Below, piece after piece: positions 1 through 12,087 of a DNA stretch of 64,000 nucleotides. The translations under genes and the position numbers were made by a program. The notes under the pieces were generated by a model that worked only from the letters and a program-made list of their open reading frames with translations, was not told the DNA's origin and ran no database searches. Origin of the DNA: Minutocellus sp. GHC0000111 (Eukaryota); contig OZ361257.1 in assembly GCA_977018835.1 (NCBI GenBank), positions 3,596,001 to 3,660,000 of the forward strand, in the 5' to 3' direction. Position 1 is the stretch's first letter; the number at the start of each line of letters is the position of its first letter.

Positions 1-1254
1 TGGGATGAAGATCGAGGAAAGCTTGGTCCACCGCCAGAAAGGTTGAACCCTTGTGCCCCTGAACAAAACAGTCCAGAGCCAAAAGATGGAGCCGTTGCAC
101 AAGAGGATATCGACGTTGTACTCGATGAAAGCCTTGCTTTAATTCGAGACATAGATGCCGAAGCTCTTGTAGTTGTAGTCTGCGGAGAGAGATCACTTTC
201 TCCCTCGTGCAATGCCAAGAATATTATCGGAAAAGACCAAGGGTTTGAGGTTGCTACAATCGTTACCTGCCCGAATCTTTCGGACGATAATGACCCTATT
301 GACTCGTCGCTATTGTATGCCTGTGAAATGGATACTCTCGAAACTCTAAGGGAAGTTGTGGAAGCTGAAAACAAAAGTATTGGTGGCATAGTCATTGACC
401 AAGGTGTTCCGCATGCCATGGGTCAAGTGCTGAACAAGATTTTCAGCGATGTGTTTGAACGGAACGAGTTATTGCAGACAGACTTTTCTGTTGTAGCGAT
501 TGCGCCCGTCGAATCAAATGAGGACCTTCCTTGGAAATGGCGAAGAGCATTTGTTGAACGCTTCCGAACGAAATTCGTTCAAATTGGTCCAGCCTTCAGT
601 GCAGACATGAGCTTTGACAACAGCGATGGTAGCAGCAAAGTGGTTCTTGATATGTTTTATACGGCTGACAACAAGGAGTTTTACCCGTTCCTCGATGGTA
701 TTGTTAAGCGCATTGAAGCCGAGACGAAACTTTCCGCCGACATCAAATACATTCAGAATGGTGTGAATCCATATTTGGCTGAGTTTGAAGCAGAAGAAGT
801 CTTCACAGATAGCCAATACCGAGAAATTCAGGCTGCTCTTTTTACGAAGAATGAATCCGTGCCAAGAGAAGAGTTCCTTTTTGGTGGTCAAACTATCTTT
901 CAATTAGTTGTTGCAGATGAAAATGTGGGAGCTAGTATGAGACTGTCATGCTCACGAGTACGAGATGCTGTGAGAAGGACACTGAGGTTGATTCGTGGTG
1001 GCAGCGCTTCTGAGGAGGTCGACACTGTGGTTCATGACGAACTTGGAGAAGGGTGCATCGTTATTTCTGCGTGGAGTTCTGGCAATGCTGTACTGCTTTG
1101 GAATGGAGATCGGAGCTTAGACGTTAATCTATTCATGCGAGGAGGTGAAACTATGAGCATTCATGATGAATTTGGCGCGTACATGAAAAAGTACATTCCG
1201 TCTCTCCAGATTGTGCTTCGAGACGATCAACCAAGAGGGGTTGGTGCTTCGTAG
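1..1254 (+). CDS. 3' part (5'-truncated by window) of a large protein; resembles the C-terminal region of diatom AdoMetDC/aminopropyltransferase (polyamine synthase-like) fusion proteins
   Basis: Frame open from base 1. The C-terminal GEGCIVISAWSSGNAVLLWNG..LDVNLF..LRDDQPRGVG recalls these fusions from memory; the catalytic domains would lie upstream of the window. Confidence 0.4.
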   Translation, partial: WDEDRGKLGPPPERLNPCAPEQNSPEPKDGAVAQEDIDVVLDESLALIRDIDAEALVVVVCGERSLSPSCNAKNIIGKDQGFEVATIVTCPNLSDDNDPIDSSLLYACEMDTLETLREVVEAENKSIGGIVIDQGVPHAMGQVLNKIFSDVFERNELLQTDFSVVAIAPVESNEDLPWKWRRAFVERFRTKFVQIGPAFSADMSFDNSDGSSKVVLDMFYTADNKEFYPFLDGIVKRIEAETKLSADIKYIQNGVNPYLAEFEAEEVFTDSQYREIQAALFTKNESVPREEFLFGGQTIFQLVVADENVGASMRLSCSRVRDAVRRTLRLIRGGSASEEVDTVVHDELGEGCIVISAWSSGNAVLLWNGDRSLDVNLFMRGGETMSIHDEFGAYMKKYIPSLQIVLRDDQPRGVGAS

Positions 1255-1508
1255 AGTACGCACGGACCATTAGGCACTTGAAAACTGTACATTATTAGAG
1301 TACCACTTAGTCTCAAGAAATAAAATATGTCCGGAAATAATAATTGCAGCAGAGAAATGAGATGACACACAACACTCGAGGCCAGGCAGCACAGTGGCAA
1401 CTCCACGATCCTAGCTACGAGTTCGTAGTATTGGATAATCGCCGCTGGGGAGCAGATTCCGCTTTCGGCAGCGCATCACCACAAGATGCAGTAACCACCG
1501 CCATTAGA

Positions 1509-2418
1509 ATGTCATTGCTCCCAGTCAAAACAAACAGAGATGAGTGGATGGCAAAGGCCGAGGAGCTCCACAATCGAACCAAAAAGAGACTGCCTTTCGT
1601 CAAAGCGTCTCCCCTTCTAAACGTGAGGCACGAGGCATCGCTTTACACTCAGGCTTCACAGGCCTATGAAATATGTGGCAATGTTCTATCTTCTGCCCAA
1701 TGCAAGAAGAGAGCAGCTTACATTTTGGGCCGCCAACTGCGCCCTCCAGACCAAGCAGCATTGTTGTATCACGAGGCAGCAAGTGCATTGCACACCAAGG
1801 TGAAATCGGCAATATCGGAGGCAGAACGGCTGTACGATCTAGCGCTCACCGAATAACTGCGAAACTGGTCGCTACTATCTTGCTGGAAAGGTAGAGGAGC
1901 AGAGGGCAAGTATGCTGCAGGCAAGGGGAAATGTGGACGGTGCAATCAAAGCCTATGAGAGCGCATCTATCTACTACAGAGCAGATGGGAGGATCAATCA
2001 AGCCAAACAAGTTGATGAAGTTCGGGCGCATTTATTGGGGGCAATGCCTTCTCGCTATAAAGAAGCAACTCTCATCTATGTGGAGTTGGGCAAATCAAAG
2101 AGCATGGGAAATCTAACAAAGACAGACTGCTGCAGCAAATTTTTCAAGGCTGGACTCCTTCTGCTCGCAAGTGGATGTTCTCAATCGGCAATGGAAGAGA
2201 AATTGCGAGAGATGTACTCAGATAGCACCGCCACCCTTCAATCCTTTGACCAATCACCTCAATTTCTATATCTTCAGAACATTGCGGCCTGCACTGAGAC
2301 TAAAGATCTCGATCGCTTCGCCGACCACATCTATTTCTATGATAACGTTGATCCACCACTTGATCCATGGTCTCTCAATCTAATCGAGGTCGTAATGAAG
2401 AGAATTCAAACGAAATAA
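1509..2418 (+). pseudogene. Alpha-SNAP-like (NSF attachment protein, TPR-like) gene with a +1 frameshift
   Basis: ORFs 1344-1856 and 1912-2418 join as ..ALTEYCETGRYYLAGK.. if one A is removed from GAATAACTGC (1851-1860). SNAP-like motifs: FFKAGLLLL and YDNVDPPLDPW. Confidence 0.7.
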
Positions 2419-2468
2419 AGGTAAACCCTTTTTGTTGTATTGGAGTTTTACATTCTTTATTCATGTAT

Positions 2469-4781
2469 CTACCAACCAGCCTTGGTTGAGCCGCCATTCA
2501 CTCCGTGCTTCTTCTTGAATCTGCGGGAATACTGGCCTCTCGCATGCTTCTGCTTCCACCTATTCCTTCCCGCCGTACTACGGCCAGTACCATCGGCGGA
2601 ATCCAAAAAGACCTTTGGTTTCTTCGCGTCCTTTTCGCCGCTTGCGTCTCCTCCTGCTTCATCTGGTCCAGCTTCGTCACCGATAATTCCATCGAGGGTA
2701 ACATCGCCGCCCTCAAAGGATTGGAGAGGGTCATTGTCCGTTCGGCGCGACCCAGATCGGTTCGATGACCTCGCCCGGCGCCTCTTTTTGCGCTTGTTCA
2801 TCTCGGCAACCTGCATACCACGGGGAAGCATATACTTTGGAACGTGCTTCAGATGATCCTGGACCTTGGATACGTGGGTAGCCACTCGGTCGTGACGGAG
2901 CAACTGCAAATCGGCGGGATTGTCCGCGAAGTGATTCTGCAGGCGCTCAGAGTTGAGAATCTCAGTCCGCAGCTCGGCTGCGCGAGTTTCTTTCACTGCA
3001 ATTTTGGTCACAGCTCGACCAACATCTTCCACCCTATAACGGAAACCTTCAATCTCTCGTAGGTCAAAATCGAGAGGGGTGGGTTGCAACTGAACCTGCG
3101 GTCCAGTACCAGAATCATCGGTGCCAATATTGTCATCTTCCGTCGCGTTCGAAGGTCTCAACTCATTATCAGGCGCAACCGGGGCAGCGGCAAGTGGTAG
3201 TGGAGGCTGGGCCTCTTGAACTGCGAGCATATTGTTTTGGGCGGCAGATTCATTCTCAACAAAGGAAAGGGCAACTCCCTTGGCTCCACCTCTTGCCGTT
3301 CGACCAATCCTATGAGTGTAGGACTTATTCGATAGGGGAAAGTCAAAGTTGACTACAAACGATACACCTCGGAAATCCAAGCCACGGGCAACGCCATATT
3401 CTGAATCTTTCTTCTTTCCCTTGGGCTTGGACGCACTGCTCTTCTTCTTCTTGGACTTTTTCTTCTTGGATTTTTTAGCGTCGTCGTCTCAATCATCATC
3501 ACCACCATCATCATCTTCAGCGTCCATCGTTTCGTCTTCGCTATCGCTTTCGTCGCTGTCTTCCCCTTCCTCCTCCTTGCCAATCCGGCATCAGTACTCT
3601 CGTCCGTTGCAATGAGATAGTCGAAATTGCCTGCATTGTACTGCTCAATGATGTTGAGACGACTGCGAAGAGGAAGCTCGGCATTGAGAACGGCACTTCG
3701 AATATGGAATTGTTCCAGAAATAGCTTCAGACGATATCCTGCATCGGAGGTATTGACAAAGAACAAACCCTTGCCCTTGAGGAGGCCCAGCTTCAAGAAG
3801 ACATAGACCACCAAGTTCTTGTCCTTCTTGGGAAGATTGAGGTAAAACTGCGAAAGTTGTCCTTCCTTCTTACCAGCCTTGCGTTCATCTTCCTCCTCAA
3901 GCTTGAGGATCGCAGGAGAATGCAACACAACTCGCTTCAACGAATTAAGTTCTGGAGATAACGTCGCACTCATGAGGAATCCCTGGCAAATCTTGGGCAG
4001 CGCTTTGACAATCTCGGCAATATCACCAGCATAACCTATGGAATAGAACAGAAGGAAATCAAGAGAAAAAGTTATACTTTGTGAGTGCAAATAATGATTC
4101 CACAAAGGCCACTTCTCAACAAGCACCATCACTTCAACATATATACCCAGCAGCGCAGCCAACTCACCATATGATAGAACAAGGTCAGCCTCATCAACAA
4201 CCAAGCTCTGCACTGACTTCTTCAACACCAAAGCTCCAGAACGGATATGGGTGAGCAGACCTGCTGGAGTTGAAACGACAACATCTGGTCGATCTCGAAG
4301 CATTGCCTCCTGCTTGGCCAGTTCCTTTTTGCTCTCCTTCTTCTTTCCCTGACCGCCACCGCCGGCGGCGGACAAGACGACACTGGAAACAACATCATCG
4401 CAGTAGTAGGTAAGCTCCGTCAACGTTTTCTGTACCTGACTGCAGAGCTCTCTCGTGGGGACCAAGACGACGGCTCGGACAAAGTGATCGTCTCCGTCTT
4501 CGTCATCATCTTCGCTACCCATAGTTCCAGCGCCATCACCAGACTTGAGCGACAAAATCTTGTGCAACAATGGAAGGCAGTAGGCCAGAGTCTTGCCGCT
4601 GCCGGTCCGAGCTCGGACCAGCAGATCGCGGCCGGACGTGAGCAAGGGGGAGGGATCGCGATTGGACGAGAGTGGGCCTGACGTAGCCGAGACGGCTTAG
4701 CGCCTTGCGCAGCCGCACGTCCAGGCCGACCGTCGTGCACAGCGTCGCGAACGTGTCGGACGGATCGAGGATATCGCTCAT
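2469..4781 (-). pseudogene. DBP9: DEAD-box RNA helicase DBP9/DDX56, disrupted
   Basis: Motifs [47 protein letters not shown] and EGFRYRVED. In-frame intron 4036-4167. Frameshifts near 4645 and 3583; in-frame TGA at 3491-3489. Confidence 0.88.
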
Positions 4782-5153
4782 GATTGGGGGAAAGTAATGA
4801 CTGAGGCCTGACCCAATGGCGTTCCAAGCAAAATCTGCAATGTGATCTGGGTTCGGTGGTGCTCGACAGCCCAGCAAAACAGACGAAGGAAAGACGTTAT
4901 CATGAGAATTCGGTGCGGGGCATAAATGTTTCGCTGTTGCTGGCGAGGATTGGATCTTGCATTCGCCCTTGGACCCCTTCAGCATTATTGGAACGCCGGC
5001 GAAGAATAGATCTTCGCGGCCATCTTCGCCCCCTCTTGTGCTGCCTGCTCCGGCTCACAATCGCCAAGAAGGGAGTTGTGCTGCATTATTTTCTCATTTG
5101 CGACGCACTCTGATTCGCATTTCTTGTATCGACGATAAGTCAAAGTAAGCAAC

Positions 5154-6428
5154 ATGAAGAAGAAGATAATATGAAATCCTTTCCACACTGCTCGAGATGC
5201 AACGAAGCGACCAACGGGGAAACGTAACGCGCCGGCTTCATCAGCAACAAATGGGCATTCAACAGTGGCAAATGAAACAAGTGGCTTGCTTCCACATGGA
5301 TCGACAGAGAGTGGCCTGACCGCCGAGTTCGTCAACCCCGCCTCAACGCCTACTGCAATTCTGAAATGCGTTGCCTGCATTGTCCTGTACCTTTGCTTGG
5401 CAGTCCTTGCCTTCTCGGTCGTCTTTGAATCCTGGAGCATCACAGACGCCCTCTACTACGCTGTGGTCACATTCACAACAATCGGGTGAGTGAATGATAA
5501 TGTGCTTCGGAAGTAATTTCTGATGGCAGCAGATGTGTGAATTGTAGGCACGAGGTCACTATTTCTCACATTCACAATACTTTATGCTCGCCTTGCTTTA
5601 TGATCCCTCTACACCATCTAAATGTACTCAAGATATGGAGATTTGAGTCCATCTACCACACCCGGAAAGATATTTGCCATCATGTTTTCACTTTTTGGTG
5701 TGGCCATTGTCGGCGTCGCACTTGGAATTGTCGGCGAAATGGTTGTTGAAGCTCAGGAAGAGGCCGCCCACAAATTGAAGGAGGAAGGGAAGAAACGAGT
5801 GATGGCAATGGTCAAGAATAACAAGATGAAGGGAAATGAATCAGATGATATTAGACCAAATGGCGACATTGAGGAAGAGAAGTCGCTTTGGGAAGATCTT
5901 GTCGGATTGATCAAGGCTGATGGTGCTTTGCTCGTTCTCATTGTTTTATGTGCCGTTGGCATTGGTCATTTCGAGGGATGGGATCTCATCGATTCCCTTT
6001 ACTACTGTGCTATTACAACCACAACAATTGGCTACGGCGACTTATCACCACATGGGGAAGGAACGCGACTGTTTGCAGTAGTATTTCTTCCTTTGGCTGT
6101 CGTCGTTCTAGGCAAGGTACTGGGAGGAGTAGCAAGTGTATACATAGACCGCAAGACGAGGAAGGCAGAGAAAGAATTCCTCAGCCGGGAACTCACGATG
6201 GAAGATTTGGCAGTAATGGACGAAGATGGAGATGGCAGCGTGCAAATGGGTGACTTTCTGTCTTTCATGCTTGTTGCTATGCAAAAGGTATCTGCCGAAG
6301 AAATCGAAGAGCTTAAGGAATTGTTTCGGATACTAGATGCCGACGGAGGAGGGACTCTACAGAAAGAAGATTTGATGATCCTGGCAAAAAGAAAATCTGG
6401 CCAGAATATCGGCGCTGATATGGCATAA
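5154..6428 (+). pseudogene. Two-pore K+ channel (TPK/KCO-like) with C-terminal EF-hands; premature TGA at codon 7
   Basis: Two TTIGYGD pore loops, the first split by intron 5486-5632. EF-hands DEDGDGSV and DADGGGTL. ATG 5154 is in frame but followed by TGA at 5172-5174. Confidence 0.75.
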
Positions 6429-6525
6429 GCTGTTGTAGGACAATTGACCCCAATTGGACCGTGTGGATGTTAGATTCTCGTACTTTTTCATTATTAATTT
6501 ACATTTTCCAATACTGGAAGTGCTA

Positions 6526-7542
<1,017 letters not shown>

Positions 7543-8062
7543 ACTGAATAATAGTCAGGAATGGACAAAGAGGGCGATAACAGAGGAAAATTGCCTTGGA
7601 TATTATGAACCAATTCCAAGGAACAAACCGCCATTGAGTTGGCGGATTGGCGGGCAACCAGAACACGTCACTGACCTCCTACGTAAACATGACGAAACCA
7701 TGACGATACGAAAAGCCGCTCGTCCGTCCGCTGTACGACATGAGTGTGGGAAAAAAATGGGTGGAAAAATGCCATTCGCTTGCTTGCTGGGACGGGAATG
7801 GACTGAGCGGCGGCGGCGGCGGCCTGGCTGGTTATTGTTGTCTATCGACGGTCCGAGAGTTGACCTAGCTACTATCAAGTACGTAGCTAGTAGCGGCTGG
7901 TATTTTGGCTGAGGCAGTTGTGGCGCTGCGCATGGGTTCCTGCAATCGCAATCGCAAAGCAAGCACAACTCTTCATTTTTCCAACGCACGCCGGGCGGGA
8001 ACCAGGACAGGACTCGGACTCGACTACGAGTAGTTAACATTCCAACAAGAAGAACAACAAAG

Positions 8063-8536
8063 ATGACATATCGCTCCCGAGGACGATCAACGATCGAAAT
8101 TATAGTGGCCGTTACATTCGTAGGATTTCTGACAGGGTTCGTCGTGGTCCTATGCATTGGCAATTACTTTCGAGCGAAGCGGGCACAAGAAAGGCAGCGT
8201 CAACGGCGAATGGAAAAGGTGAATGGGGGTTATCACTACTATTCTCCTGATTCGCCACGTTCGGAGTATTCGGCGGCGTCATCGGCCTATACGGACGAGG
8301 GTCCCGAGCGACAACATTTGCTATCGCTCCATCAGAGGAAGCATGTTCTGAGCTCAAACAACAACAATAGCGGTGGGGGCGGTTTGTATCGCACGCAGCA
8401 TTTGAATCCTCAATATCGCGCCTCGAAAGGGGGAGGCGCACACGATTCGGATGCCGGCGAGACAGCTGATCTGTTGATGATACCCGAAGAAAACGACACA
8501 AGGAATGGCCCTTCGTCGGATGTAATGAGTGTGTGA
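8063..8536 (+). CDS. Small single-pass membrane protein, unknown function
   Basis: 157-aa ORF with a hydrophobic segment (IIVAVTFVGFLTGFVVVLCI) followed by a basic stretch. Confidence 0.6.
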   Translation: MTYRSRGRSTIEIIVAVTFVGFLTGFVVVLCIGNYFRAKRAQERQRQRRMEKVNGGYHYYSPDSPRSEYSAASSAYTDEGPERQHLLSLHQRKHVLSSNNNNSGGGGLYRTQHLNPQYRASKGGGAHDSDAGETADLLMIPEENDTRNGPSSDVMSV

Positions 8537-8684
8537 CGAGATTCATACATGCTTTTTGTGTTTGGGGTTGACAGATTGAAAATGCTTTTTGAGTCAAACA
8601 CTTGGGTTGATTGGGTTGCGAAGGGGCGATACAAAATATTCTGTCGAACCCATCCAAGCTTATCCTACATAGCAAAATTTCTTT

Positions 8685-9530
8685 CTATTCTGATTTAATA
8701 TCTTCTGCAACCGCTGCCGGCTCAGCAGCAACTACCTTTGTTGGTTGTCCAATCAATTCAAACTTATCTCCGACCTTGGCAGTGATAACTCTGTTCATCA
8801 TTCCAAAGAACGAATTGACCGCCTTCTTCGCTGCCTCGTATGATTTGAGCGCATCCTCCTTGCTCTTTGCCGCTCTCATATCCGCAATGTCCAGATATAC
8901 CTCGTTGATGTACCACCGCGCAAGAAAGAGCTCATTGGTGGTGCCGGTATTCTCACTCGCCAGGAAATTGTTGGCGAGAAGACCCATTGGTCTCAAATAG
9001 TATTCTGGCGCATCGGGTGGAAGAATTTTGGTGCCGAACTCTTCAACAGGCGTCGAGTTGATGACATCGCCCAAGGCCTCCACGGCCTTGGCACCCCGAA
9101 CGACTTTTTCGCCATACTTTTTGAGAGCATCGTATCGCTGCTGAGAGAGGACAAATGGCATTTGCTTCGGGAATGATGTATCTCCCGGTTCAATCCATGG
9201 ACTCGCGGTTCCGAATTTGAAGTACGTGTCCTGACCAAATAGAACGTTGCTATTATCAAACTTTCTTGAAGCAGAAGCCTCCGGATTTCCCACCCGTGGT
9301 CCCAGCTCTCGGTCGACCAGCGTTCCTCCGGGGGTGAACTGACTCTCGGCCGAGGCTGATTGGATGGGCAGAAGAATGGCCGAGGCAGCCGCTGCTGCGT
9401 TGTTGAGCACATCTCTTCGTGAGGTAAAGAGTGCTGTCTCACCGACACGTCCTACGCGAACGTCGGCAGGAGCAAAGGCATGAGATGCCAACGGAGAGGC
9501 TAGAAGCAGAGCAGATACGGCGAACATCAT
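8685..9530 (-). CDS. Putative thylakoid-lumen protein (signal + transit + twin-arginine leader), helical, possibly PsbQ-like
   Basis: SHAFAP cleavage motif, SRRDVL Tat motif, hydrophobic stretch, ASA cleavage site. Confidence 0.7.
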   Translation of the reverse strand: MMFAVSALLLASPLASHAFAPADVRVGRVGETALFTSRRDVLNNAAAAASAILLPIQSASAESQFTPGGTLVDRELGPRVGNPEASASRKFDNSNVLFGQDTYFKFGTASPWIEPGDTSFPKQMPFVLSQQRYDALKKYGEKVVRGAKAVEALGDVINSTPVEEFGTKILPPDAPEYYLRPMGLLANNFLASENTGTTNELFLARWYINEVYLDIADMRAAKSKEDALKSYEAAKKAVNSFFGMMNRVITAKVGDKFELIGQPTKVVAAEPAAVAEDIKSE

Positions 9531-10159
9531 GGTTGGCCTTGTTTTATGACAAGGGCGGGCAATGGCCACAACGCCACAACGTCAGTGGACCGTTCTGTCA
9601 TCTTTGCATCATTCAGAAAACGTGTTGTCAAGTCGCAAAACGAGAGAGCGAAGATGCGGTGATAATGATGAGGCAGATACGGCAGATACCACGATGATAC
9701 ATCGAACACAGTACCTCCCTCCGCTGATTCTCCCAACTCTATGCAACTTAGTAGAACATGAAATGCAGTTTAACTACGTGAACTGGAGCTGGCATGCGGT
9801 TTGAGGGAATTTAAAACTAACTAACTACTGAGAGAGAGAGAGACAGGCTCTGGGAGCCAGTACTGTAAGCTGACTTAGCAATTGCAATGGCAGCAATTGC
9901 AGATGGTTGTGGCTTGGTCAGTTGAGACGAGAGGAGGCGAAGGTGGTGGTCAGCAGAAAAACTGGGCACTACAGGAATGCAGTTTTAGTGCCTGCTGCTA
10001 ACCACCGTCGCCAGCTCATCCCCACCGTGCGGTACCCACAACTTCAATTAGCAACTTCAATTGCGGACTGGCCTGTTTTTTTTCTCGCTGTGATCAAGCC
10101 ATCTGCTCGCTCCTTTTGTGAAGGTATCTCTTTTCTTCCGACAACAATAGGATTGTGAA

Positions 10160-11479
10160 ATGTGGCACAGCAAGTCGACCTCCGCATCCTCCCACCGCCG
10201 ATGCCTCGTCATCATGTGTTTGGCATCGGCATCCACCACCCTGTTGTGTCGGCCAGTTGCCGCCTTTGGGCTTTCCAGCATCGGCAGACAAACTCTTGGC
10301 GTATCTTCTTTTAATGGCGCTGGTCTCAATCGCCCAAAGGCGTCAGTATCTTCTGGCGTGGTATTGAACAGCAGCAACAGAGGCGACATGAGATCGAGAA
10401 GGACGGCGTCACTCCTTTTTGCGACTTCGACGGACGATATGGATATTGGTGTATTTGACCCATTCAATGCAAACGTTGTGGATGGTTGGAATGAGTTGAG
10501 TGACAGAGATCAAGTGCTGATTACTGCCCCCAAATCTTTGGATCTTGATAGCAATGACAACAGTGGTGGTCTCGCAGCTCCACTGGCCGCTCTTTCGGTT
10601 GTCAACATGGCCGTGGCGGAACGAGCCTCGGCAGCCGAGAGCGTCGTATCGCAGGGCATGTACAATCCCGACTCTTTCAAGCCAGTGTGTTCGGCCTCCG
10701 ATGGCTTCTACCGCTTCCTGCAGGGTGCCACCAGGGCCGTCGTGGGCGACGAAAGCTTCGTCGAGTATGGTCCGCTCATTGCCGGTGGTCTCCTCCGTGT
10801 TCGGTTGGAGCTTTGCGTCGTCGAAAGCTTCTTCAACGAGGCGGTCGGTCCCTTTATCAAGCAGAATGGTATTAGCTGGATCCTGCCCCTGCATGAGACC
10901 ATCGAAACTTTTATTGCGGGAACCATCTTTGCCTTGGCCACAACCTTTATTATGGTTGGTTCGACGAAGCTGATATCAGTCATTGCATTGTATGGGGATG
11001 TCTTCATCGGTGGTCCCTGCCGATTGTTTGGCGGTTTCTTCTTTGATCGGGCTCTTGGTAAGCCGGTGACGCTCGATGTTGGCATCGGTCCCTGGAAGAA
11101 GCGCCTCGTCGGTCCTCCGGATGCTCCCTCGTCCAATGAAGAAGGAAGTGCTGGTGGCGGTGATCTAAGCGGACTGGAGAATCTCAGCCCTACGCAAATT
11201 CCCGTCGTTGCCGTTAGCGGCGTGGTCAAGTACCTCGGCGAGGGTTCCAAGGTGAGTTATATGAAAATGGTGTTGTAGTAGAGAGCAATATATTTGTGCG
11301 AAGGGCGCTCACTAAGTATTGTTTGTTTGCCATTCATAAAAAATATTTATTCATAGATTCTTCGAGAAGGAATCGAGGCGTTGGATCTCTTTGTAGGAAG
11401 ATACCTGGTTGTGCTGGCGACGGGATACATCCTGGTCAAGTTTGTTCATTTCAAGGTCTTTCCCGACTTTCCGTTTTAA
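10160..11479 (+). CDS. Plastid-targeted membrane protein, unknown function (intron 11252-11356)
   Basis: VAAF leader motif; GT-AG intron restores the frame to ..FKVFPDFPF*; hydrophobic segments. Confidence 0.7.
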
Positions 11480-12087
11480 GGGATTCTCTACAGATCCATT
11501 GATGATACACCGGTAGCTCTGTCAGCAAGGATGTGCCTACACATGTACTTTTTGATGTTTGATGGTGAGAAACGATCAGCGAGCAACGCTAGCTACATAG
11601 CTACGCACTAACAGACGAACCTAATAAATAACTATGTATCGTACAGTAAAATGCAAGTTGGAAAGGACAGGTCTAGATCTTCAAACAATGTTCAGGAAGG
11701 TACAATGTATCCAATCAGAAGGAAGGTTGATTGACGCTCCGACCGAAGCAAGCATCCTTCCTGTCTCTCCTACCGGTAATCGAGCATAATCTTCTCTTTT
11801 TTACCTTCCAAGAAAATAATTATTTCAAACTGAATATTTCAAACATTTCAAACTGCCAGCCAGAGGCTTGAACACCAGCAGAGGCAGAGCCTCACTTCTC
11901 GAACAGAGGTGGAGGGGTTCGAGAGGGGGTGAGGTGGCTTGCTTCTGTCTGCATACCCCGGGTCGCTTCGCGCCAAAAAGTATCGTTGGAGAGCCTTGCC
12001 GGCTGTGCGAGTTTTTTGGCAGAAATTCAAACGAGGCGATCGAGCGAGAGGACCAAAACCCAACACAACGCCAAGCAAAAAGCAACC

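Noticed and set aside
1851..1860. Programmed ribosomal frameshifting at the broken genes
   Set aside because: The sites share no slippery sequence or downstream structure, and the shifts go in both directions.
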